Shown here: in pieces, positions 1 through 9,730 of the stretch
Numbering within the stretch: the first letter of the stretch is position 1
How the letters are laid out: each line of letters begins with the position of its first letter
NCBI GenBank assembly: GCA_049653105.1
Contig: JBASFQ010000008.1
Coordinates: forward strand, 27,957-91,956
Origin: Alphaproteobacteria bacterium
Lineage (GTDB): Bacteria > Pseudomonadota > Alphaproteobacteria > UBA9219 > RFNS01
DNA: 64,000 nt
Direction: 5' to 3'
Notes under the pieces: generated by a model
Databases searched by the model: none
Told to the model about the DNA's origin: nothing
What the model saw: the letters and a program-made list of their open reading frames with translations, nothing else
Position numbers and translations under genes: made by a program

Positions 1-31
1 CATTGTTCGCGATGGCGGGAGGTATCATCCG

Positions 32-1483
32 ATGACAGATCAAACACAATCGGATCGTTATAACGATCATATCGTTCGACTCTTCACGCTGGCCTCGATG
101 TTTTGGGGCATCGTTGGAATGACGGTCGGCGTGGTGCTGGCACTGCAGATGGTATTTCCCGCCCTGAATATCGGCGAATATCTGACTTTCGGGCGTTTGC
201 GCCCTTTGCATACGTCGGCGGTCGTTTTCGCTTTCGGCGGTAATGTATTGTTCGCTACCAGCTATTATGTCGTGCAGCGCACCTGTCGGGTCCGACTGTG
301 GAACGACAGGTTGGCGTTGTTCACTTTTTACGGTTATCAGGCGTTTATTCTGATTGCAGGGGTGGGATATCTCTGTGGCGTAACGCAAGGCAAAGAATAT
401 GCGGAACCGGAATGGCACGCCGATCTGTGGCTGACCATCGTCTGGGTCGCATATCTGGTTGTCTTTTTGATGACGCTGAAGGGTCGGCGCGAACCGCATA
501 TTTATGTCGCCAACTGGTTCTTTTTAGCGTTTATCGCCACCACGGCGGTGCTGCATCTGGTCAATAACATCAACGTCCCGGTTTCGTTTTTCGGCGCTAA
601 AAGCTACCCGGTATGGGGGGGAGTGCAGAGCGCGATGATCCAGTGGTGGTACGGGCACAATGCGGTCGGTTTCTTCCTGACGGCGGGTTTTCTCGGCATC
701 ATGTATTATTTTGTGCCAAAACGCGCCGGGCGGCCGGTATATTCCTACCGCCTGTCGATCCTGCATTTCTGGTCGCTGATCTTTATCTATATCTGGGCCG
801 GGCCGCATCATCTGCATTATACCGCCTTGCCTGATTGGGCGCAGACTCTGGGCATGACATTCTCCATCATGCTGTGGATGCCATCTTGGGGGGGGATGAT
901 CAACGGTCTCATGACCTTGTCGGGAGCATGGCATAAATTGCGCGAAGACCCGGTTCTACAATTCATGATCGTCGCATTGGCTTTCTACGGCATGAGCACG
1001 TTCGAAGGGCCGTTGATGGCTATTAAAAGCGTTAATGCGCTCAGCCACTATACCGAATGGACAATTGGTCATGTCCATTCCGGGGCGCTTGGCTGGGTGG
1101 CTTTCATCAGTTTTGGGGCGATCTATCATCTTGTGCCGGTGCTCTGGAACCGGCCGGCGATGTATTCCGACCGTTTGATTCGCGTTCATCTTTGGGTCGC
1201 GACGATCGGCATCGTTCTGTATATCACTGCGATGTGGATCGCTGGGATTATGCAGGGATTGATGTGGCGTTCTTATGACGCGATGGGGTTCTTGCAATAT
1301 TCCTTCAGCGAGGTGGTGCAGGCGATGCAGCCTTATTACCTGGTGCGCGCCTTGGGCGGGGTGCTCTATCTCGGAGGCGTTCTGGTTATGGCTTACAACA
1401 TCATGAAAACGATATGCCATGGCGATGCGTCGGCACGGGTGACGGCGGCGACGGCCGCACCCATTGCGCAAATTGGCCGCTGA
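32..1483 (+). CDS. ccoN: cbb3-type cytochrome c oxidase subunit I (CcoN/FixN)
   Basis: 483-aa polytopic membrane protein with the His-rich heme-copper oxidase core ([25 protein letters not shown]). GGAGG SD 9 nt upstream of the ATG. First gene of a canonical ccoNOQP locus. Confidence 0.9.
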   Translation: MTDQTQSDRYNDHIVRLFTLASMFWGIVGMTVGVVLALQMVFPALNIGEYLTFGRLRPLHTSAVVFAFGGNVLFATSYYVVQRTCRVRLWNDRLALFTFYGYQAFILIAGVGYLCGVTQGKEYAEPEWHADLWLTIVWVAYLVVFLMTLKGRREPHIYVANWFFLAFIATTAVLHLVNNINVPVSFFGAKSYPVWGGVQSAMIQWWYGHNAVGFFLTAGFLGIMYYFVPKRAGRPVYSYRLSILHFWSLIFIYIWAGPHHLHYTALPDWAQTLGMTFSIMLWMPSWGGMINGLMTLSGAWHKLREDPVLQFMIVALAFYGMSTFEGPLMAIKSVNALSHYTEWTIGHVHSGALGWVAFISFGAIYHLVPVLWNRPAMYSDRLIRVHLWVATIGIVLYITAMWIAGIMQGLMWRSYDAMGFLQYSFSEVVQAMQPYYLVRALGGVLYLGGVLVMAYNIMKTICHGDASARVTAATAAPIAQIGR

Positions 1484-1501
1484 CCGGGATGGAGAGACAC
1501 C

Positions 1502-2248
1502 ATGCTGCAACACCATAAGAAACTTGAACGCAATTCAATCTTGCTGCTGGCCGCGACCATCGTTGTCATAGCCATTGGCGGGCTGGTTGAAATCGTTCCG
1601 TTGTTTCGCCTTGAAACGACAATCGAGAAAGTGGATGGCATGCGGCCTTACACCCCTCTCGAGCTGGCGGGACAAAATATCTACATCCGTGAGGGCTGTT
1701 ATTTATGCCATAGCCAGCACATTCGCCCCTTGCGTGACGAAGTTGAACGTTATGGCCATTATTCGTTGGCCGCTGAAAGTATGTATGATCATCCGTTTCA
1801 ATGGGGATCAAAACGCACGGGGCCAGATTTGGCGCGTGTTGGCGGCAAATATTCCGATGCCTGGCATGTTGCACATTTGATTGACCCGCGACAGGTCGTT
1901 CCAGAATCTATTATGCCTGCCTATCCGTTCTTGATGGAACGAACCGTAAATTTGCGTAACATCAAGGGGGATTTGCGTGCCCTGCGCGCTGCGGGAGTTC
2001 CTTACACCGACGATATGATTGCGCATGCGCTCGACGATGCTCGGGCTCAGGCACAAGATAATGGTGACACCAAGGGTCTGGAACAACGTTACGGCAAGAA
2101 GGTGACCGCACGCGACTATGATGCCCAACCAAATATGATTTCGGAAATGGATGCCTTGGTCGCTTACCTGCAACGACTGGGCAACCTTGTGGATTTCTCG
2201 ACTTATAACCCCGATATTTCCATAACGACTCCAGGGGAGAAGAAATAA
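1502..2248 (+). CDS. ccoO: cbb3-type cytochrome c oxidase subunit II, monoheme (CcoO/FixO)
   Basis: N-terminal TM helix and a CYLCHS heme-c motif. Length 248 aa, immediately downstream of ccoN. Confidence 0.9.
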   Translation: MLQHHKKLERNSILLLAATIVVIAIGGLVEIVPLFRLETTIEKVDGMRPYTPLELAGQNIYIREGCYLCHSQHIRPLRDEVERYGHYSLAAESMYDHPFQWGSKRTGPDLARVGGKYSDAWHVAHLIDPRQVVPESIMPAYPFLMERTVNLRNIKGDLRALRAAGVPYTDDMIAHALDDARAQAQDNGDTKGLEQRYGKKVTARDYDAQPNMISEMDALVAYLQRLGNLVDFSTYNPDISITTPGEKK

Positions 2249-2409
2249 TGATGGATTGGTTGGCGCAACATGGCCCTGTGTTGACAACGGTATGTTTCTT
2301 TGCCGGGTTTGTTGGTATTGCGCTGTGGGCATATTTCCCTGCGAATAAAAAGCGTCTGGAAGATCAGGGTAAAATTCCGCTGCGGGAGTCGTCCGATGAC
2401 CCAAGATAA
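2248..2409 (+). CDS. ccoQ: cbb3 oxidase small subunit CcoQ/FixQ (53 aa, single TM)
   Basis: Below the 60-aa cut-off of the ORF track, so found by reading the sequence. ATG overlaps the ccoO TAA (TAATG) and the TAA stop lies inside the start of ccoP. Translation is [53 protein letters not shown]. Position and size are typical for ccoQ. Confidence 0.6.
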   Translation: MMDWLAQHGPVLTTVCFFAGFVGIALWAYFPANKKRLEDQGKIPLRESSDDPR

Positions 2410-3274
2410 CGAGGAACAAAATCGTGATCCGATCACCGGCATTGAAACTACCGGCCATGAATGGGATGGATTGCGCGAACTCAACATACCTGCGCCACGC
2501 TGGTGGTTGTGGGTTTTTTTTGTAAGCATCATCTTTTCTATCGGCTATTGGGTTGTCTATCCGTCCTGGCCGACCTTGTCCGGTGCAACGAAAGGACTAT
2601 GGTCGTGGACACAATTCTCCTATCTGAAGGAGCAACAGGCTGAGGTGGCTGAGCAACAGGCGCACTATGTGGCGCGTTTTGACCAGGCAAATCTGATTCA
2701 GATCAACAATGACAAAGAGTTATATGAATTCGCGCGCGCCGGAGGTGGAGTCGCTTTCCAAGACAATTGTGCGGCGTGTCATGGGACAGGGGCGGCGGGT
2801 GGTTATGGTTACCCCAATCTGAACGACGATGACTGGTTGTGGGGCGGCTCGCTTGATGAAATCTATGCAACAATTCGCTATGGTATCCGTTCCGGACATG
2901 ACAAGAGTCATGAAGGTGATATGACGCCGTGGAAAGATGTCCTGAAGGCCGAAGAAATTGAGAATGTGGCCGACTATGTCCGGCATCTTCATGAAGGCGA
3001 AGCGGCTCCCAAGGGGGCTGCTTATGAGGCCGGAAAGAAAATCTTTTCTGCGAACTGCGCTGCCTGCCATGGGGATAACGGCGAGGGTAAAACCAATGTC
3101 GGTGCGCCCCGCCTGAATGATGCGATCTGGCTTTATGGGAGCAGCAAAGCGGCCATTATGTCTAGTATTATGGGTGGGAGAGCCGGGGTGATGCCCTTCT
3201 GGGAAGGACGGCTCGATGATCGCACCATCAAAGAACTGGCAATCTATGTTCACTCTCTCGGGGGCGGCAAATAA
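2396..3274 (+). CDS. ccoP: cbb3 oxidase subunit III, diheme cytochrome c (CcoP/FixP)
   Basis: Two CAACHG heme-c motifs and an N-terminal TM helix. Real start is most likely the internal Met (MTQDNEEQ) at 2396, not the ORF-track start at 2300, which would overlap ccoQ. Confidence 0.85.
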   Translation: MTQDNEEQNRDPITGIETTGHEWDGLRELNIPAPRWWLWVFFVSIIFSIGYWVVYPSWPTLSGATKGLWSWTQFSYLKEQQAEVAEQQAHYVARFDQANLIQINNDKELYEFARAGGGVAFQDNCAACHGTGAAGGYGYPNLNDDDWLWGGSLDEIYATIRYGIRSGHDKSHEGDMTPWKDVLKAEEIENVADYVRHLHEGEAAPKGAAYEAGKKIFSANCAACHGDNGEGKTNVGAPRLNDAIWLYGSSKAAIMSSIMGGRAGVMPFWEGRLDDRTIKELAIYVHSLGGGK

Positions 3275-3320
3275 CCATAGGAACGGTCATCAATTGATAT
3301 GGACGATAAAAAAATAACCA

Positions 3321-4736
3321 ATGACTGACACCACGCAACTATTTGCAGGCCGTCGTGCCATACATCCGCGCGATGTATGGGGATTCTATCGCCGTCTGAA
3401 GTGGTTGGTGATGGGGGTCTTGCTGGCGCTCTATTATTTTCTGCCATGGCTGCGTTGGGACCGTGGGGCGCACGTGCCGGATCAGGCCTTGCTGATCGAC
3501 ATGCCGTCACGGCGCGCTTATTTCCTGTGGATCGAAATCTGGCCTCAGGAAGTTTATTATCTTGCAGGAATTCTTATCCTCGCTGCCATTGGACTTTTTT
3601 TTGTGACAAGTCTGTTCGGGCGCGTCTGGTGTGGCTACGCCTGTCCCCAGACTGTGTGGACGGATTTGTTTATTAAAGTCGAGAATTTCTTTCAGGGGGA
3701 TCGTAACGCGCGCATCAGACTGGATGCTGCGCCGTGGTCATTCAATAAATTATGGCGCAAGGCGGCAACGCATGGCGTGTGGTTGCTTATTGCGCTTTGC
3801 ACCGGGGGCGCATGGGTGTTCTACTTTAATGACGCGCCGACCTTGGCTGATCAGATCCGGCATTTACAAGTTCCCTGGAGTGTCTTGAGCTGGATTCTCG
3901 GTCTCACAGCTTCCACCTATCTTATGGCCGGTTTTGCGCGTGAACAGGTCTGCACTTATATGTGTCCCTATGCGCGGTTCCAGTCGGCGATGTTCGATAA
4001 GGACACGTTAATCGTCAGCTATGATGCGGCGCGCGGCGATCCGCGTGGTACACATAAGGCCGGAACGGGGTGGGAAGGGCGCGGTGATTGTATCGATTGC
4101 GGTCTTTGTGTTGCCGTTTGCCCTACGGGGATTGATATTCGCAACGGGCTGCAAATGGAATGTGTTGCTTGTGGCCTTTGTATTGATGCCTGCAACGGTG
4201 TGATGGATAAAATTGAACGACCGCGCGGCCTGATCCGTTATGACACCGCCTATAATCAGGCGCTGCGAAAAGAGGGTGGCAAACCCCACGCGTGGTTGCA
4301 TTTGTTGCGTCCGCGCACATTTTATTATCTGGGTATCCTTGGCGCCGTTGCGAGCCTGATGGTTGTGGGGTTGATGACCCGAACCCCGCAGGAACTGCAT
4401 GTGATTCATGACCGCAATCCGCTTTTTGTGCAGCTATCTGCTGGCGGTGTACGCAATAATTATACCGTCAAAATTCTTAACAAGACTCATGCCGATGTTG
4501 ATTATTCTCTGACGGTTCTCGGCGTGCCGCAGGCAGAGGTAAAGCTTGAAGGGGCAGGAACGCAGAATCTTGAACAGATCACAGTTCTGGCGGACAGCGT
4601 GGGGCAATTCCGGGTGTTGGTAACATTGCCGGATACACGAGGCCAGCCTCAACGCCTTGATGTGACATTCAAGATTACCGATCCTCGTTCAGGCAACAGT
4701 GAAACCACGCAATCCATGTTTATTGTCAGGGAGTGA
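3321..4736 (+). CDS. ccoG: cbb3 oxidase accessory 4Fe-4S ferredoxin-type protein CcoG/FixG
   Basis: Two ferredoxin-type Cys clusters (CGYACPQ; CIDCGLCVAVCP; CVACGLCIDAC), TM helices, and a C-terminal FixG domain. Conserved position after ccoP. Confidence 0.85.
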   Translation: MTDTTQLFAGRRAIHPRDVWGFYRRLKWLVMGVLLALYYFLPWLRWDRGAHVPDQALLIDMPSRRAYFLWIEIWPQEVYYLAGILILAAIGLFFVTSLFGRVWCGYACPQTVWTDLFIKVENFFQGDRNARIRLDAAPWSFNKLWRKAATHGVWLLIALCTGGAWVFYFNDAPTLADQIRHLQVPWSVLSWILGLTASTYLMAGFAREQVCTYMCPYARFQSAMFDKDTLIVSYDAARGDPRGTHKAGTGWEGRGDCIDCGLCVAVCPTGIDIRNGLQMECVACGLCIDACNGVMDKIERPRGLIRYDTAYNQALRKEGGKPHAWLHLLRPRTFYYLGILGAVASLMVVGLMTRTPQELHVIHDRNPLFVQLSAGGVRNNYTVKILNKTHADVDYSLTVLGVPQAEVKLEGAGTQNLEQITVLADSVGQFRVLVTLPDTRGQPQRLDVTFKITDPRSGNSETTQSMFIVRE

Positions 4737-4739
4737 AAG

Positions 4740-5231
4740 ATGGCGTTGTTGCATGGGCCGCGCCCGTCGGATCGGTTCATACCTTGGTATTTTGTAGCTT
4801 TCTTTGTGGTGCTAACCATCATACTCGGGGTGTTTACTGCCGTTGCCGTGCGCCATTACTCGGGTGTTGTGGTCGAGCATGCTTACGAAGACGGGGTTGC
4901 CTACAATAAAATCCTGCAGGTGACGGCCGCGCAACGGGCGCTCGGCTGGAAAGAGGAACTGGAGGTCACGCCGCTGCAGAAGACGACTGTGCGCGCGGTT
5001 TTTACTTTGCATGATGCCGCCGGGCGACGTATCGACAAGGCGCAGGCACAGATTGTTTTCAGGCGTCCGACGTCAAATGGCCTTGATCGCACAGCTGAGC
5101 TGACGCAGGAAGCCGACGGGCGTTATCAGGCAGTGCTTGAGTTGCCCGTTCATGGTGTGTGGGATGCTTACGTTGCCGCCCTGGCCGACGGCCATCACTA
5201 TCAAACCATGCGCCGGGTTGTTATTCCATGA
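4740..5231 (+). CDS. fixH: FixH/CcoH family protein
   Basis: 163 aa with a single N-terminal TM helix. Position between fixG and fixI. Confidence 0.7.
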   Translation: MALLHGPRPSDRFIPWYFVAFFVVLTIILGVFTAVAVRHYSGVVVEHAYEDGVAYNKILQVTAAQRALGWKEELEVTPLQKTTVRAVFTLHDAAGRRIDKAQAQIVFRRPTSNGLDRTAELTQEADGRYQAVLELPVHGVWDAYVAALADGHHYQTMRRVVIP

Positions 5232-7525
5232 CGGATGCTGCTGCCGCTGCTTCAGGCGCTGCCCGGACCTGCCGCCGGTGCGGTATGCCGAGCGGTGCGG
5301 CAGAATTCTGCTGTGCGGGATGCGCCGCTGGCCACGGTTTGATGCCTCCGGATCAAACTGCAGAAAGCCCCGTCACAGCGTATGATTGCGTACGCTTCGT
5401 GACCAGCACCGCCGCAGGTCAACATAGGCTCTACTTTATGGTTGAAGGTATGCGCTGCGCTTCTTGCGCTTTCCTGATCGAGCGCACATTGAATGCCTTG
5501 CCGGATGTCGTGGCGCGTATGAATCTGACCACACGGCGTCTTATGGTGCAATGGGTTGGGACGCCGGAGCGCGGCAACGATCTGGTGCAGCGGATTGCTG
5601 CGCTGGGTTACCATCTGCGTCCTTTTAATGTCGCCGCACTGGACAATGCAGAGCAGAGGGAAACAAATTTCCTGTTGCGTTGCCTCGCGGTTGCAGGTTT
5701 TGCCGCAGGGAATGTCATGTTGCTTTCGGTGGCGCTGTGGTCTTCAACGCAAGATTCGATGGGGATCGCAACCCGGGATTTATTGCATGTGGTCTCCGGG
5801 GGCATTGCGATCCCGACGGTGCTATATGCTGGGCGGCCATTTTTTCAATCCGCGTGGGAAGCCTTGCGGCATCGGCGTACCAATATGGACGTTCCCATTG
5901 CTGTTGCCCTGATCCTGACAACGGCCATGAGCATTTTCGAGGTCGTTCGACATGGCGAACATGTCTATTTCGATTCGACGATTATGCTGGTGTTTCTGTT
6001 GTTGGTAGGACGTTACCTCGACCGCCGTGCCCGGGGGCGGGCTCGGGCAGCAGCACAGAACCTTTTAGCGTTGATAAGTGGTACGGCCACAGTCTTGGAG
6101 GAGGGGCACACAATCCTGCGCCCTATCCCGGAGCTGCGGGTCGGCATGATTCTGGTCGTCGCTGCGGGAGAACGCATTACCGCCGATGGCACAATCGAAA
6201 CAGGAAGTTCGGAGATCGACCCAAGCCTGATGACCGGGGAAACCATCACGATGTCTGTACAGCCCGGAGACCGGGTTCTGGCTGGCATGGTGAATTTGTT
6301 GCAGCCCCTGACGATCCGTATTACCGCTGCATCAGAGCAAAGCCAGCTGGGCGAAATTATTCGCCTGATGGAGCAGGCCGAGCAGGGACAAGCTGCTTAT
6401 GTCCGCATTGCGGATCGTGTGGCGCGTTATTATACGCCGGTGGTGCATGTATTGGCGCTCGGAACGTTTCTGGTCTGGTGGGGCGTTGCGGGTGTGTCTT
6501 GGCAGACGGCGTTGCTCACGGCCATGACGGTGCTGATCATTACTTGCCCCTGCGCCCTTGGCCTTGCCGTGCCTGTGGTACAGGTTCTGGCCAGCAGCCG
6601 CCTCTTTCGCCATGGCATATTGCTTAAAGCCGCTGATGCGCTGGAAAGGCTGGCCGTCGTCGATACGATCATCTTCGACAAGACCGGGACTTTGACACAG
6701 GGGAATCCGGTTTTAATCAACGCGGAGGCAATAGAGCCAGAAGATTTGCAACTCGCGGCCAAACTTGCGGTACATAGCCACCACCCTTTGGCGCAAGCCA
6801 TGGTCGCACATGCCACGGGGGTGCCGGGGGCAACCAATGTAACCGAGTTGCCGGGATGTGGTTTGCTGGGAACCATCGATGGCTGTGAAGTTCGTCTGGG
6901 AAAACGTAGTTGGTGTGGGTTACCTGACGCTCCTGCCGATGATCAACCTGAATTATGGTTGCGTAACGGCGCCAAGGTTCCCGTCCGCTTTGTCTTTATT
7001 GATGCAATCCGCGAGGACGCCGTCGGTGTTATCACCAAATTAAAACAACAGGGGTATGCCGTGGCACTGTTGTCCGGGGATCGTGCGGCAGTCGCGGGCG
7101 ATGTCGCGGCACGTTTGGGAGTTCTGGACTGGCATGCGGGTATGTCTCCAGCAGAGAAGGGTCAGGAAATTCGCACCAGGCGTGCACAAGGGCACAATAT
7201 CTTGATGGTGGGGGACGGGTTGAATGATGCGCTGGCGCTGACTGCGGCTCATGTCTCAATGGCGCCATCTACGGCGCTGGATATTTCACAAAATGCCGCC
7301 GACATGGTCTTTCAAGGTGCGCGGCTTGAGCCGATTCTAGTGGCGATGCGTGTAGCGCGGCGGACGCAGCACCTGGTTCGGCAGAATTTTCTGTTAGCCT
7401 TTGCCTATAATTTTTGTGCCGTGCCTTTGGCGATGATGGGGCATGTCACGCCGCTTATTGCCGCACTGGCAATGGCTGTTTCTTCTATTCTGGTGGTCGC
7501 GAATGCACAAAGAGTGCAACAGTAA
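5228..7525 (+). CDS. ccoI: copper-translocating P-type ATPase CcoI/FixI
   Basis: HMA domain (GMRCASCAFLIERTL), CPC transduction motif, DKTGTLT phosphorylation site, and GDGLNDA hinge. Probable start is ATG at 5228, overlapping the fixH TGA (ATGA); the track start at 5159 would overlap fixH by 70 nt. Confidence 0.85.
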   Translation: MTDAAAAASGAARTCRRCGMPSGAAEFCCAGCAAGHGLMPPDQTAESPVTAYDCVRFVTSTAAGQHRLYFMVEGMRCASCAFLIERTLNALPDVVARMNLTTRRLMVQWVGTPERGNDLVQRIAALGYHLRPFNVAALDNAEQRETNFLLRCLAVAGFAAGNVMLLSVALWSSTQDSMGIATRDLLHVVSGGIAIPTVLYAGRPFFQSAWEALRHRRTNMDVPIAVALILTTAMSIFEVVRHGEHVYFDSTIMLVFLLLVGRYLDRRARGRARAAAQNLLALISGTATVLEEGHTILRPIPELRVGMILVVAAGERITADGTIETGSSEIDPSLMTGETITMSVQPGDRVLAGMVNLLQPLTIRITAASEQSQLGEIIRLMEQAEQGQAAYVRIADRVARYYTPVVHVLALGTFLVWWGVAGVSWQTALLTAMTVLIITCPCALGLAVPVVQVLASSRLFRHGILLKAADALERLAVVDTIIFDKTGTLTQGNPVLINAEAIEPEDLQLAAKLAVHSHHPLAQAMVAHATGVPGATNVTELPGCGLLGTIDGCEVRLGKRSWCGLPDAPADDQPELWLRNGAKVPVRFVFIDAIREDAVGVITKLKQQGYAVALLSGDRAAVAGDVAARLGVLDWHAGMSPAEKGQEIRTRRAQGHNILMVGDGLNDALALTAAHVSMAPSTALDISQNAADMVFQGARLEPILVAMRVARRTQHLVRQNFLLAFAYNFCAVPLAMMGHVTPLIAALAMAVSSILVVANAQRVQQ

Positions 7526-7537
7526 GGGGCTTGTCAG

Positions 7538-7726
7538 ATGGATGTTCTGCTCTACCTTATTCCCATAGCCTTGACGCTGGGGGGGCTGGGACTGGCCGGA
7601 TTTTTCTGGGCCCTGCGTCACCAGCAGTTCGACGATCCCGAAGGAGATTCGCAACGGGCGTTGTTTGCCGAGGAAGACCACCCCTTGCCCCCGCCACCAG
7701 ACCCCGCCGGAAGAAATGACGCCTGA
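7538..7726 (+). CDS. ccoS: cbb3 oxidase maturation protein CcoS/FixS
   Basis: 62 aa with a single TM helix. Last gene of fixGHIS. Confidence 0.7.
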   Translation: MDVLLYLIPIALTLGGLGLAGFFWALRHQQFDDPEGDSQRALFAEEDHPLPPPPDPAGRNDA

Positions 7727-7818
7727 GACGCATACTTTCAGCTATGGGTTGCGGTCATGCTGGAAGCGCTCTAGATTGGAGGCGGCCTAACTCAACTTTC
7801 CTGTGAAAGGAATCCCCA

Positions 7819-8436
7819 ATGTCCTTTACCCTTCCGGCTTTGCCCTATGCCCCGAATGCGCTTGAGCCTTTTATGTCGGCGCGAACCTTGGAATTCCATC
7901 ACGGCAAGCATCATCAGACCTATGTCACCAACCTTAACAATCTGGTGCAGGGCACGCCTATGGCTGAAGCGACGCTGGAAGCCATTATGTTGGAGACGGT
8001 CAAGGATACGACCAAGGCCGGAGTTTTCAACAACGCCGCGCAAGTCTGGAACCACACTTTTTTCTGGAATGGCATGAAGCCCAAAGGCGGCGGTACGCCC
8101 CAGGGTGAGTTGGCGGAACGGATTGCAAAAGATTTCGGTGATTTCAACAGCTTTAAGGACGAGTTTAAGAAAGCGGCTTTGGCGCAGTTCGGATCGGGGT
8201 GGGCTTGGCTGGTGCTGGACGGCGGAAAATTGAAAATCGCCAAGACCGGGAATGCCGGTAACCCGCTCACCGATAAACAAATCCCTCTGTTGACCTGCGA
8301 TGTCTGGGAGCATGCCTATTATCTGGATTACCAAAACCGCCGCGCCGACATGGTTCAGGCCTTTTTGGACAGTCTGGTGAACTGGGAATTTGTGGCCAAG
8401 AATCTGGCGACCTCATCGCGCGCCAACGCCGCTTGA
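7819..8436 (+). CDS. sodB: Fe/Mn-family superoxide dismutase (Fe-SOD-like)
   Basis: N-terminal [28 protein letters not shown] and C-terminal [15 protein letters not shown] signatures. Confidence 0.85.
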   Translation: MSFTLPALPYAPNALEPFMSARTLEFHHGKHHQTYVTNLNNLVQGTPMAEATLEAIMLETVKDTTKAGVFNNAAQVWNHTFFWNGMKPKGGGTPQGELAERIAKDFGDFNSFKDEFKKAALAQFGSGWAWLVLDGGKLKIAKTGNAGNPLTDKQIPLLTCDVWEHAYYLDYQNRRADMVQAFLDSLVNWEFVAKNLATSSRANAA

Positions 8437-8470
8437 TGCTAACTAGGGCTGCGTTTTACCTGTTGCTGCG

Positions 8471-9718
8471 ATGACAACCTTCGAGCTGATAGCCCTATTA
8501 TTCACCATCACGGCGCTGGCGGGTTACATCAATCACCGCCTGGTCAAGCTGCCCAATGCTATCGGTCTGATGGCGATGGCCTTGGGGCTGTCGCTTGGGA
8601 TCGTGGCGTTGGGAAAAATTGGCATCTTTGAGACCGAGAAAGTTCGGGAGTTGGTACTTCATATCGACTTCTCGAACATTTTGATGCACGGCATGCTGTC
8701 ATTTCTGCTGTTTGCTGGCGCATTGCACGTCAATGTGTCGGAGCTACGCAAAGTTCGGACAATGGTGACGCTTCTGGCAACGGGCGGCGTTGTCTTGACG
8801 GTCTTGATCACCGGCAGCATAGTCTGGGTTACGGCGGGGTGGCTTGGCATCAACCTGTCGTATCATTACGCACTGCTCTTTGGTGCTCTGATTGCCCCGA
8901 CGGATCCGATTGCGGTGCTTGGCATTCTGAAGAACGCCAATGTCAGTCGAAAACTCTATAGTAAAATCGGTGGCGAAAGCCTCTTCAACGACGGGACGGG
9001 GATTATTGTCTTTCTGACGCTGCTTGGCGTCGCCACGACAACACAAGAGCCCAATTTCCTTGATATCAGCTTTCTGTTGGGGCGCGAAGTGGTGGGGGGG
9101 CTGGTGCTTGGTTTCCTGACCGGATGGCTGACAAACAGGCTGATCAACAGCATTGACGAATATAAGGTTGAAGTGTTGCTGACTTTGGCTCTGGTGACGG
9201 GGGGCTATGCGCTGGCCGAGGCTCTGCATGTTTCGGCCCCTATTGCGTTGTCCGTCGCCGGTCTGGTGGTTGGCAATCACGGCCGTATGGAAGGTATGTC
9301 GGAAATGACGCGCGAACGCCTGGATGTGTTCTGGGAGTTATTGGACGAGATCCTGAGCGCGATCCTGTTCATGCTGATGGGATTGCAGATGATCCTGATT
9401 GATATGTCGTGGGCGGCCATTGCGCTCGGCACGATGGCAATCTTTGCCACGCTTCTGGGGCGGTTTCTCAGCGTGGCGACGTTTATCAACTACATGCGGT
9501 TATGGCGGCATCATTTTGATCGTGGGACGATCACTTTGATGACCTGGGGTGGTCTGCGGGGCGGCATTTCCATCGCTCTGGCCTTGTCTTTGCCACCAGG
9601 GCAGGAAAAAGATTTGCTGCTGGCCATTACTTATATCGTCGTCGTGTTCTCGATTATTGTGCAGGGAACGACCTTCGGTTGGGCGATCCGGTGGGCGACG
9701 GCTCCTAAGAGGAATTGA
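8471..9718 (+). CDS. cation:proton antiporter, CPA1/NhaP family
   Basis: 415-aa polytopic membrane protein with Na+/H+ exchanger-family motifs (ALLFGALIAPTDPIAVLGIL). Confidence 0.75.
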   Translation: MTTFELIALLFTITALAGYINHRLVKLPNAIGLMAMALGLSLGIVALGKIGIFETEKVRELVLHIDFSNILMHGMLSFLLFAGALHVNVSELRKVRTMVTLLATGGVVLTVLITGSIVWVTAGWLGINLSYHYALLFGALIAPTDPIAVLGILKNANVSRKLYSKIGGESLFNDGTGIIVFLTLLGVATTTQEPNFLDISFLLGREVVGGLVLGFLTGWLTNRLINSIDEYKVEVLLTLALVTGGYALAEALHVSAPIALSVAGLVVGNHGRMEGMSEMTRERLDVFWELLDEILSAILFMLMGLQMILIDMSWAAIALGTMAIFATLLGRFLSVATFINYMRLWRHHFDRGTITLMTWGGLRGGISIALALSLPPGQEKDLLLAITYIVVVFSIIVQGTTFGWAIRWATAPKRN

Positions 9719-9730
9719 GACGGAATTATT

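Noticed and set aside
1808-2458. 216-aa antisense ORF across ccoO/ccoQ/ccoP
   Set aside because: Antisense to three well-supported cbb3 subunit genes. No motifs.
5680-6627. 315-aa + strand ORF inside fixI in another frame
   Set aside because: Lies wholly within a strongly supported P-type ATPase gene. The translation is Arg/Gly/Cys-rich nonsense typical of off-frame GC-rich DNA.
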